Origin: Klebsormidium nitens
Taxonomy: Eukaryota > Plantae > Klebsormidiophyceae
DNA length: 64,000 nucleotides
Direction: 5' to 3'
Assembly: GCA_000708835.1 (NCBI GenBank)
Contig: DF236963.1
Location: forward strand, 248,001-312,000
The position numbers were made by a program, and so were the translations under genes. The stretch's first letter is position 1; every line of letters starts with the position of its first letter. The notes under the pieces were generated by a model, which saw only the letters and a program-made list of their open reading frames with translations, did no database searches and was not told the DNA's origin. Below are positions 1 through 10,800 of this stretch, piece after piece.

Positions 1-3000
1 AGCGGGTGGATCTGGAGCGATGACTGGACGGCGCCAAAGGAAGGGCCGGGTGGGGTCTGCAACAGGGAAATGAAGAGTCGTCAATTGATTTACCACAGAC
101 AACGGGCAAAGGGCGTTAATGCAGGAGAGCGTTTGTCCTGTACATGCTGTGTTGGTGTTCTTTCTGCTGAACGCACATCAACCGGAAACGTGCAAGCTCG
201 TTTCAATTTGCATACAGCGCTTCGCAAGTTGAGGAAAGGAATCCTTTCTGCCTTAACAAAGCGGAAGATGTTCTAGACATGAAGGTGAAGTAGCCCGTTC
301 AACAGTCAGCGCTGGGGGAATCCAGACTCGCTCTCTTCAAAGGAAAAGTCAGCCTCAGATCCAAGAGAGGCCCTGAGGACTGAACCTAAAAGCCATCCTT
401 CTCGAACCCATTGCCACCCTCCTCACCAAATTAACAAGGTTGCTCCGACTGTCTCTGTCCCGGACAATGTTGTACAGAAGTCGTGGTGGCAGGCTGAATG
501 TCAGCAACAATATAACACGAATAAGGCAACAATCGGTAGGGCGCTCACCATATCTGACCCGAACTGCACCCCACCCCCAGGCCTCAGTACAATCAACTTC
601 CCACCAAACCCAAACGCCGCCACCGAGCATGGAGGCCGCCCCACGGACGTCTGCATCGCCTCCGCAGTGGAGCGCGGCACCGCCGTGTGCTGCGCCCAGC
701 CCCCCCCAAAACCTGCCCCCCCAAACTCCTGTTGGGCCGGGATGAACGCCGGCCCGCTCTGCTTGGGCGGCTGGAAGAAATTCACACCGGCCGGGACGGA
801 GGGCTGCGGCATGAACGGCGGGCGGGGTGTGAACGCGGGCGCGGGCTCGTGGGAGAAGTTGCCGGCCGCCCAGTCGTGCTCGGAACCGGTCTGGCTGGTC
901 GCCGAAGCGCTGCGGCTGTGTCCCGGGGGGCGGGGGGGGAGGGCGGAGTGTGAATGCGTCCGCTGCGGGTGGGGTGTGAAGTCGGTCACAGGGGGGCCGT
1001 ACTGTGGGGGGGCGTGCTGTTCGAAGAAAGGCGCGCTGTGCACTGCGCTAGCTTCGGGGGGGAACTGCGATTCTGAGGGGGGGGAGAACGGAGCTTGCCC
1101 AGGGGTGAAGGAAGGCGCTGAGAATGGGTTTGGCTGAGGGGGGTACTCCGGTTGTCCTGGTGAGAACAATTCGCTCTGCGGGGGGGGTTGGGACTGACTT
1201 TCTTGAGGAGAGAAACTCTCCTGGGATGACTCTTGCGTCGGCACCGGACCCTCCCCCAAGTCGTGCAGAGTTTCGGGCTCGCTTTCCCCCAAGGCTGTCT
1301 CCGCAGCTTGACTCTGTAAAGGAGACTTCGGACCGTCCGAACCTGGTAACAGACTGTCCAAACCCGTCGGAACACCGTCATGAACTGGCTCCGGCTGGCC
1401 CCCAATCTGTTCAAAGAACTGCTCGGGATCGACGTGCTGCGCGCCCGTCCCCCATTCCTGGCTCCCCGCCGCCTGCTGCTGCCACGTGTCCCCTCCCTGA
1501 GCATGCCAGCTGTCCCCTCCCTGAGCCTGCCAGGTGCTGCTCCCCTGAGCCTGCCAGGTGCCGCCTCCCTGGGCCCCATACCAAGACGCGCTTGGATCAT
1601 AGTTCGGGGCATAGTAACCGCTCGGGTCGTAGGAACCGTTTGCAGCGGGATTTGGCGCAGACTGTGCGTACGCCCCTCCCTGGCTGTGTGAATACGCCCC
1701 TTGCTCGGGGGAACTGCTTGGAGCGGGCTGCGCATAGCTTCCTTCCTGGTGGTGTGAATAGGCCGCTTGCTGGGGAGCGGTGCTCGGGGAGGGGTGTGAA
1801 TAGGCCCCCTCCGGCTGCTGGTACTGGCTCCAGTCGTAGGTTTGGTTGTACTGATCGCTCCAGTATTGAGAAGAGTCGTAGGGTTGGCCAGCAGGATACT
1901 GGGCCTGATCTCCAAGTTGTGAGACTTGCGAATCGAAAGCGGGGGCGACTGCAGGAAGGCGTTTGTGCATCAACCCTGAGCGCCTTCGCAAAGCTAGTAA
2001 ATCCATAGTCATTTTGGTATGGGTTCTCTTTCTTCAGATGGGAAGAACTAGCAGCAGCCTTAAGGATCTGAGCAACCGATGCACGGAAATTAGGAAGGAC
2101 AAAAGGACCTGAAGGCTCCAACGACACCCCAACCTGTTTGAACTTCGGCGAGGGAGACGTTTCCCAATGCGCAATTGTCTCTCCTACACTGAAGACTCAC
2201 AAAGACAGGAGGTAGGACACTTAATCCAGATTGGGAGCACTAATTGTGCGCTTAGGGGCAATGAAAAATCGAACATCAACTGTATTACTTCCCGTTGCCT
2301 GTATTCGCCACCATGACCAGATGCCGATTCCTCGCTCAGATAGAGTCTGATAAGCACAGCCGTCTCACCTGCCGCTCCAAGAGTTCCAGAACTGGCAAGC
2401 CCCCCGTGCGCGCTTGACCCTCCAAAGCCCCCACTCTCTTCCTGCCCACCGATGCTCTCGAAGAACGACACATCCCCATCGTCCCCCACCGCCCCAAAGT
2501 CGAAGCTCGACACCGCCGTTGCGACGGCCGCCACTGTCGCCGTCGCCACAACCGCAGCTGCGTCCGAAACCGCCGTCGGCCCGTGTTGGACACCGGCTGA
2601 AGCGTCCGCGCCGCCTGACACAACGTCCGAAACGGGTCTCGATGCGTCCAGATCGCCAAGGAAAGGGTTCGGGAAGCCCGGGGCGGCATCTGACGGGGCT
2701 GTGGCGACGGTCGAAGCACCCAAGAAGGGGTTCGAATCGCTCTGTGAAGCGTCTGCGGGTATCCAAGGAGCGTCCGAATCGCCCCTCGCGGTGTCTGACG
2801 GGAGGTCGGACGTGCCCGTCTTGTCGTTCGCTGGACCTTGGAATGAACTAGGGACGGGGCCAGGAATGTGACTTGGGGGCGCCAAGGTTGGCAAGTCCGG
2901 ACTGGGAGACTGAAGTGGTGGTTGTGACAGGAAATGCGGAGGGGGAGTTGAAATTGCCGGGGGGGTTGCTGCAGCCTGCTCGAAGAACAAGGCCCCTTCG

Positions 3001-5354
3001 TCTCCACCAGGGGAAGGGAAGCCGAAGCTAGGCATAGATACAGTTTCTTGGGGCCTTGTGGGGAAGTGAGCAGGCGCGATCGGTTGGGGCTGGGCATCTG
3101 AGAAGGGGCCGTTGCTGAAAGGGGGTGGGGGATGTATCGCTTTTGCCTGCGAATCTTTTGGAGTGTCCTGGTTAAAGAATGACACGTCGTCCTCCTGGGG
3201 GGAAAAGGCAGCCCCGAACGGTTGGGGGCGGACGGGTTCTTGGGGCCATGCATTTGGGAAATGACCCCCCGGTTGAAAAGCTGGCTGCACCCCACCTGCG
3301 TTTGGAGGGTGAGCTTCATGGGGCCAAGCACTTGGAAAGTGACCCCCCGCCTGCGAACTCGGTTGCTGCCAATCTACCGAAGGGAAGCTGGGGAGGGGGG
3401 ATGAAGGCACACCCTGCTGTTCTTGTTGAGGCTGGACCCCTGAGGGCGTCGCGGAGGCAAAGAAGTCTACGTCTTCTTCCCCCCGGGGGGTGGGGAAGTT
3501 CCAGGAACCGGCGTTTTGCCCCGGGGAGGTCTGCATGGGGGGGGGCATGGCAATCTGGGGGGGCGCAATCCCAATTTGGGGGGGTACAGGAGCGGGGCCC
3601 GTTGCGCTGCTCTCCACCGCTGCGCCGGTCTCCCCCAATTGAATGCCAGAGCCGAAAGCGCCCGCCGCTTTCTCAATGCTGTGCCCCTCCGCTTTTGGTT
3701 CTCCATCTGCCGACCCGTAATCCTGCCCCAAACCCTGCCCGTGTTGTGTAAAATGCGCCAGCTCAGGAGGCGAGACCGGCCCAAAGGGGATTGGACCAGG
3801 AGACACTGCTGGCGGATGCTCCGTCACATGCACCTGCGGGAGGGAGACGGCGTGTGGAGCCCTAGGGGGGGTGGAAAAGCTGTGCATGGCGGTTGATCCT
3901 TGTTCCGGGGGGGGGCCTGCGGAAGCGCCGCCGAGCTGCGGACGAGCCACCCCCTGTCCGAGCGGCAGCGACGACATCGCCGATGATGTCACCTCGTCCT
4001 CGTCAGAGTCCTCCAGCAGCTGTTCAAAGAAGGCCGTGTCATCGTCTGCACTGGCCACGCTGAGAGACACCCGCGGGGGGCTGAAGAACTGGGGAACGGC
4101 CGGGGGGGGGCTCGGACCTAGGGTTTCGGAAGTTTCCGGCTTCGGAGGATTGGGAAGGCTTGCCGTTTGGGGCGTGAGAGCAGGTTCTGGGGCAATCGAA
4201 GGGGTTTGCATGGGGAGGGCGGTTGGGAGGCTAGGAAGAGTCTCAGCCTGGTTTGCGAATTGTAGGACAGGTAATGCAGGTTGGTTGGTGCTAGGCGCCG
4301 CCGCTGCTTCGTCGATTGAACTAGTGTTTTGCCCCGCGTCATCACCCGTAACAACTGCTAGAAAAGCTGCCCCTTCTTTGGGTTCAGAATTGTCTTCTCT
4401 GGAGAGCGTCGCACTCAGAGCTTCGGAAACCCTCACCACACTTTCTGACGCCTCACCATCCGCGCCCCCATCTAAGCCCGCACCTAACAAATTGCTCAGT
4501 AGAGGGGTGGTCTCAATCGGTTCAGCTCCAACCGACAGACCTCCTTCCAGAACTCCGTTCTGCATGCCTTCTTCCTTTCCGCTGACAACATCTATCCCTC
4601 CGCTATCCCCAGTCGTGCCAGCCCCTCCGTCAGTCACGTCTGCTCCCTCCAAACCCCCATCTTCTTGGCTGATCACTGCAGTGTGCGCCAAACGAGTGTA
4701 TCCGTTAGGATCGACCTGCGTGCTAGACACTCCCTCCATTGGTCCCCCTGCTGATGCGGGACCACTGACTTCTTCTTCGACATTTGAAGAACTGCCATCC
4801 GGGCCTCTCCTTTCTGGATCCTCAATCCCCGCACTCTCACCCCCAAGTGCATTCACGATGCTTGCTTCTGACACCCCCCCGGTCATCAATTCCTCTCCCA
4901 GCATGCCATTGTTGTGGTCTGCATTGGCATCAGCTTCAGGAGCTCCTGACGCAGGGGGTTCAGAATCCAAATCAAACCCTTCACCAGACGAGCTCGCAAG
5001 CGGAGTCTCATCAGCCCCTTGACTTACATCAACGCTAGGCTCTATCGGTGCATGCTTCTCCTCTACTCTATCTGGCACCTCGTGTGCTTGCTGCGGCTTC
5101 AAACCCCCTGCATCATCTCCATTATCCACTTTTTTCCTACGCACTTTCTGAGACGGTGAGGCAACGACTGAAGGAGGCTCAGCAACTACAGTTTCCTCAG
5201 CAGGTCCACTTTGCAATGGAGCTGCCTCCAATTCTTTTGAACGCTCCTGATCATCAGAAGCGGCCGCAGTTGAGCGGGGCCCCTTTGCCACTGGCTTTGG
5301 ACTGCGCGGCGATACAGACGGGCCCCCGGCCCCCTTCTTCTTCTTGCCGGCCAT
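1..5354 (-). CDS. SEC16: COPII scaffold protein Sec16 (plant SEC16/MAG5-like); 5' part of gene, continues beyond window start
   Basis: Long Pro/Ser/Gly/acidic N-terminal exon 5354-2369 (donor GTGAG at 2368), in phase with exon 1948-549 (acceptor ccttcctgcag, donor GTGAG). Exon 2 ends in GRPPCSVAAFGFGGKLIVLRP, the motif that opens the plant Sec16 central conserved domain. A further probable exon lies at about 57-1 (PHPGPSFGAVQSSLQIHP). Confidence 0.85.
1490..1580 (-). repeat. Coding ~24-nt tandem repeat in SEC16 exon 2 (QG(G/S)xxW(Q/H)A x4)
   Basis: Repeated cccctccctgagc(c/a)tgccag units translate as GAQGGGTWQAQGSSTWQAQGGDSWHAQGGDTWQQ. Confidence 0.7.
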
Positions 5355-5828
5355 TCCTTCAGAGACGCAAACACCGATCCTTTGGCATGACTACTGTGGG
5401 GAACACAGAATTGCGCAGGAGCTTTCAATGATGCTTCCGCCTTGGAAGAGAAGGACGCTCACAGCGCACTGCTCAGCGCCTGCTGTTGATCAGCTCCGAA
5501 CCACCCTTTCACGAACTAGAGCGGGAAGGGCGAATAGACGAGCAGTCTAGAAGTCAAGCTCTGCGCGCGCATGTACAGAGTCTGTACGCGCATAAATGAT
5601 GGCTGCCGCGCGCCGCGCAAGCGAGTCCTGCATGCACCGTAGGACTGAGATGCACACCTTCAACTTTCCCCGTAGCCTGGGCGCCTAGCTCGTCCACTTT
5701 CTAGGCCTGAAGAACTGGGAAAGTCCTTGCTTCTCAAATTCTTGTGGTCGGTGCAATTGCTTGCCTCAAGCGTGAACGTGCGCGTTTGAAGCTGCTCACC
5801 CATCCCAGGAGTGTTCAGCCCTCAAAGT

Positions 5829-6413
5829 TTAGACATGGCCTCACGCTGGCCCGTCCGCCAGGCCATCTGTGTCCTTGCTGTCTTGGCCGCCACCCCCCCA
5901 GCTGCCTGGGGCGCAGACACGGCCGCGTTTGTGCACCAGGACCTGCAGGCAGTGGCCTCCAGAATCCAGGAGCTGTTCCATTTTGTGGACCTAATCAAGG
6001 TTGAGTCGGTCGTGGGACAGGGCCAGCTCGTCGTGAATGGAATCAATGAAGTCGCGGCTCTTCTAGTTGCGGCCACGGCTCATGTGAAGGGCCAGGATCC
6101 GGTTGCGGAAAGCGCTGCTCAGGGCTTCTCGTCGCAGCTCATGAGCGCGCTTCTCTCGCCGGTTCGGACACTCCTGAGGGGTATGGAGAAGACGAGGTTC
6201 CCGCTGTCGCAGGACAGCTCGTGCAATGCGCTCAAGCTGATTGAGACTGCGGTTGGGGCGATGGGGACCGCCCTTGACGAGTACGAGGCAGCGCTTCTGG
6301 AGGTTATACCCACCGAGGCAGGCAGGGTGAATATGGTGAAGCAGACGCTAGGTAACAGCGTTCGGGAGTTCCTCCTCAACTGGCACGCGGACTCTCAGCA
6401 GGCGGCCAAGTAG
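5829..6413 (+). CDS. Intronless predicted secreted helical protein (~194 aa), possibly UVI-1/HsbA-like
   Basis: Clean ORF. Signal-peptide-like start MASRWPVRQAICVLAVLAATPPAAWG-A, followed by amphipathic helical sequence. The family assignment is a recalled resemblance only. Confidence 0.7.
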   Translation, partial: LDMASRWPVRQAICVLAVLAATPPAAWGADTAAFVHQDLQAVASRIQELFHFVDLIKVESVVGQGQLVVNGINEVAALLVAATAHVKGQDPVAESAAQGFSSQLMSALLSPVRTLLRGMEKTRFPLSQDSSCNALKLIETAVGAMGTALDEYEAALLEVIPTEAGRVNMVKQTLGNSVREFLLNWHADSQQAAK

Positions 6414-6999
6414 GGGTTCCAATCGGGAGACTCTCTGTATGCAGTGTTAGCTTCTGTGTACTACCGGGTTGGGTAGGCTGATTTATGCCTTGGGCTTTTA
6501 GAAATTTTACTTTTGCTTTTGTGTAACATTTTCATTATGCTAACAGAGATGCGGATTGTTGAAGCTTAACTCTGAAATTTTTTCTAGGATTGGGATTCTG
6601 CTTTGCCAGAAGGACTAACATAGCAGTTAAGACAGCAATCTTTGCAGCGGGCAGTCTTGGATAGCATCTGGCAAGATTTGCAGCGGGCAATCTTGAGTAG
6701 GTTGATTTCACAGAGGTTTTCTGACAAACCATCGTCATGTGTCAGCACACTTTTTCAATTTAGCCACACGTGTTTGTGAGAGCAAACAAGCTGCTCTTCA
6801 AAATCCTGGAAACTACATCAAGCTGCGAGGGTCTTGAACATGGGCCAGGTGAACAATCTAAGATGACTGAAGTAACATGTCCACATTTTAAGGCCAGAAC
6901 ATACCATGTCTATCAGCAGTGATGTAATGACGTCCTGACGAAGATTTAGCTTCAAAATAAAGTCCACTAGAAGCAGAAGTATTAGCCGCATGCACAGTA

Positions 7000-7760
7000 A
7001 CTCAATCTCATACATTACTTTGTACCATAGTAACATTACGTACAGTATAAAATGAACTTGGTGAATCACTGTTCGGCAGGGACCATCATGTTCACTCCAC
7101 TAGCTAATTGGAATTACAATGCTTATATGCATGGATTTTGGAGCAGCTGGATTCAACACTGCAATGTTTTGACGTGTTGATGAATCAAGCTGAGCCTGGC
7201 GTTGATTGTATGCCAATGATGTTCTCTTTTCAAAACGCCGTAGCCACATGGGCCATAGGCGCGCTTCCATGCATACATGGGAATTGATGATTGTATGCAC
7301 CATGCGACCGCGTCCATGATGGTCATGATGCATCAGCTAGGCCGACAATGTTGCGGGCCGGTCCCATGCAGAATCATGGAAACGGCCGTACATGTATGAA
7401 TGGATTGTCGAACAGCTTGACCGTCTTGTGCACATGCTGCATGACAGGCTCATCATGCACATACTAAAGACGTGTATGCCGCTGTAACACAACGTACATA
7501 CCCGTTGAGGCCATATCTCCAGAACACAGCTCGACGAGCATCCGCCTAATGCTAACAGTTGCAGTCACTTTTATTCAACTGCACTGAGTGTCTTTCGCTG
7601 CAGGATCCACTTTCAATGCATTTCCAAAAGCAGACACCGTTACATGGGCACGAGAGAGCGACCTTACGAGTGTACACATGCACTACTCAAGTTCGACGAC
7701 CGACGAAATGTTCAGGACAGCGTCTGACTTGACCCCAGTCCATCATGCACGTTCCTTTCT
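7000..7760. other. CATG/TGCA/TACGTA-rich tract in convergent intergenic gap 1
   Basis: Dense catgca, tgcatg, gtacat and acatgt words, with no credible ORF. Confidence 0.5.
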
Positions 7761-7871
7761 CAGTTTGGCACTTTAGATTATATGTACTGCATGCTTATAA
7801 CTCGACTTCCTGGCCCCTCTCCTCCAGCATTATAGGTCACTAGAAGGCGCCAGAGAGTATATTCACAAAGA

Positions 7872-10800
7872 CTATCTTCCCCACTCCTTGCGCAAGAGCG
7901 CAGCCATGAAGAGCCGCCGCTTGGCGCGCATCCTCGGCGTACTCGGCTCATCTTCTTCTTCAAAGTCCTCCCATGTGCTGTAGACCGACGTAATCTGCAC
8001 GAGCATCCATGCTTGGATAAAAAAACCTGAATTTGTTCTTTTTTGATGGCTGCGTCGGCCAGTGGATTCAAAGTTTGCAGCGAGCTTGCAACATGCTGAG
8101 GTGAGGGAAAAACTAAGGAACATGAAAGGCGAGGATCAAATCCCAAACATCATCTGATTGCAGTTCAACGCGTCCTTATGCACACGAAGCCGGAACCGGA
8201 AGTGAACGCCAATACGAACCCGTACGAATCCAGAACATGCCCCTCAAATCACCGCGCTAGACAAAGTACAGGTCTCAAGGAAAGGGCCACGTCGCAAACC
8301 CTCCAATATAACATGGTTACTGGGACCCATAACGCCGTGGCGACCCAGCGGCCCGAATGTCGGTGTCGGATACTGTTTCCTGGTCGCCAAATGGGAGATC
8401 ACGTGATTTATTCAGTCGAATCTAGAGTGAACCCGCTCACCTTCCCCGCTTCGTCCATCTCGAACTTGCTAAACATTTCCAGCACTAGCGGCTTCTCCTT
8501 CTCTTTCATCGGCTCGACCCCCGCTTTCCGGAGCACCTTTCTGAATGCCTCGTCCCGTGGTTGGTTCCGCTGTTCCGGCTGTTCCGGTTCCGGTTCCGGC
8601 CCGTCCCCGAACTCGGCCTCGTACCAGCCCTGTGCGCCCCAGTCCTCGAGTTGCTTCTTGAGGTCCTTGGGCAGGGTTATCGTCATGGTTGTGTAAACCC
8701 ACCGGGTCCCTGCAGGGCCATCAAAGCCGGGTTACCGTCAGAGTTGTGTAAACCCACCACTTCCCTGCAGCCTCGTTAAGAAGAAGACTCGACATTCAAT
8801 TCGATTGATCTCAAGCTGTGCTCTTAATCTTGACGTAGAGTAAGCCCTTTGCCAACCGCGATGGTAGATGTGAGCTTGTCGACGTAAGCAACAAGCACCG
8901 ACAAGTGCGGTCGTCAATTCAGAACTCTTCCCCCGGGACGACGTGCCGATGGTTTCCGGCTCGGCCCTTACTAGCTCTGGAAGCATTTTTCCGATTTGAA
9001 AAGATGCCCCATATGCCTAAACCTAAACGGAACAACCCCTTTTTCCAACTTAGCAAATCAGCAGGGATTCTTACGAATAAGAAAACCTGGATGGCGGGCG
9101 GAGAGCTACGCAAATCCTCCCATGAAAGTAGGGGATGCGCAATCAGATAATCCAAGAAACTCCTCCCGATTGTCATCAGCTCAAGAAGGGGGCCATTGAG
9201 GGGAGCCACACAACGGAGTGCAAAAGGGTGTTTCAGATCTGGACGTGCGGGGACTGGAAGCAGCTCCTCCGGTAAACGAAAGCTGTAAGCCAGCCCCGCA
9301 ACTGCGGTCTAGCACAAGCCGACTTCGGGATTATACACGACTCACCGACGCCTCTCACAACCAGCGCATGTCTACAAACCTCAGCAAACCTCCCTCTCAC
9401 TTCTCTTGCGGCCTTTACTTGGTTGCACAAATGCGAATCCGATCGTACCATACAAAGTTTGAATCGTAACATTTGACCTGACAAAGTCACCATTCATTTA
9501 CCAGCCTAGAGTAGAGTAGAGTTTCAAGAAACGAAAGGAGATGTCTCTCGATTCTGCAAAAGGAAGGTCTAGCAAAAGGAAGCTCCTACCCTAACACTGA
9601 AAACCAAACCCATAAGATCACCCGCTCCGCACCCATACTCACCCTGAGACCCCGAACTAACTCCACCCGTCCCAAGCTGGTCAGCTTACTTTTGCTAAAG
9701 CTTGCTTTTGCTAAATTGAAGCTTCGTCGAAAAGAGGCGGATCGCGATAAACTCACATCGATGCGCAGGGTCCGCCTCGTACCAGATGAAGTCCAGGCTG
9801 GGGGGGTAGCCGTTGCGAGCAAAGAGATTCAGCCATTCCTCCAGCCTGAACAGACAATCTGCAGTGGTCAGAGGTCGAATCCGGGCACTTACCCCAATAT
9901 AAAACAACCACAACAACGTCCCCGGTTCGCCCCACCCACACTCATGCCCTGAGAATCTCTCCGAAAGTGGTGTCTTGAGGAGTCTCCTATCTTCACTCCT
10001 GTCCTTGTATTACCCTACGTTAAGCAGAGCACGCCAGGTTACTTGCTGCCGCTTTAGTACGCCCTCCGTAGGATGATCTCGGTACTCTTGCAGAGACATT
10101 ATTCCATCTTGAAACTCGAGACCTATCCTAGCATCTGGTCAAGTACCAACCAGATTCTGACCTTTCCAGCGAAAAGGGTATCAAAACCAGCTCCAGTACG
10201 GAACTCCAGTCTCTTAACATAAGAAGAAGGATTCGTCATCGAAGAAGGGCAGGTGACCAGCGAGAGCGACGAAAGGGAGTCAGATTTCGAGCCTGATAAA
10301 CCGATTGAAAATTACGGGATTGAGGCACACGGCATTACAAGAAGCGAGAAAGAAGAAAGATTCGCTTACAAAGAGGGGCGGGTCACGAAAGAGCGACAAA
10401 AAGCAGCTATATCTTGGGCCTGATCGAACCGATTGAGGACCACAGGATTGAGGCACACGACTGTACAAGAAGCCAGAAATGAGCGGAGAAGACGAAGAAG
10501 AGGAAACTGATACTTGCGCTTAGGATGACACTCACAGCGTTGCGGAGGTGAAGCAGTGCAGCGGATCTTCGAACGTGACGAACGAATTGACGAGGCCCTT
10601 CTTGAACGGGTCCGCTTCGGGGTCCCGGTCCATGGCCAAGAAGTCGCGCAGCGAGTATGCGAGATCCTCCACTTTCAGCTGCATCGCCTTGTCTGCAAAC
10701 GAGACGAAAGAATAAGAGGAGGTTTGCTTAGCAACGAAACATCTGAGCATCGGAGATGGCAGCGCTTTCTGCCAAGCTGGGAGAGGAAAAGTCCGAGCAC

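Noticed and set aside
3871-5022. Long + strand ORFs opposite SEC16, and similar shadows (1124-2008, 12854-13927, 34382-35050, 54313-54861)
   Set aside because: These are antisense shadows of GC-rich low-complexity exons, with no independent motifs.
8408-8686. Stand-alone 92-aa gene
   Set aside because: It is preceded by an in-phase ctgcag acceptor and followed by a GTGAG donor, so it is better explained as an internal exon.
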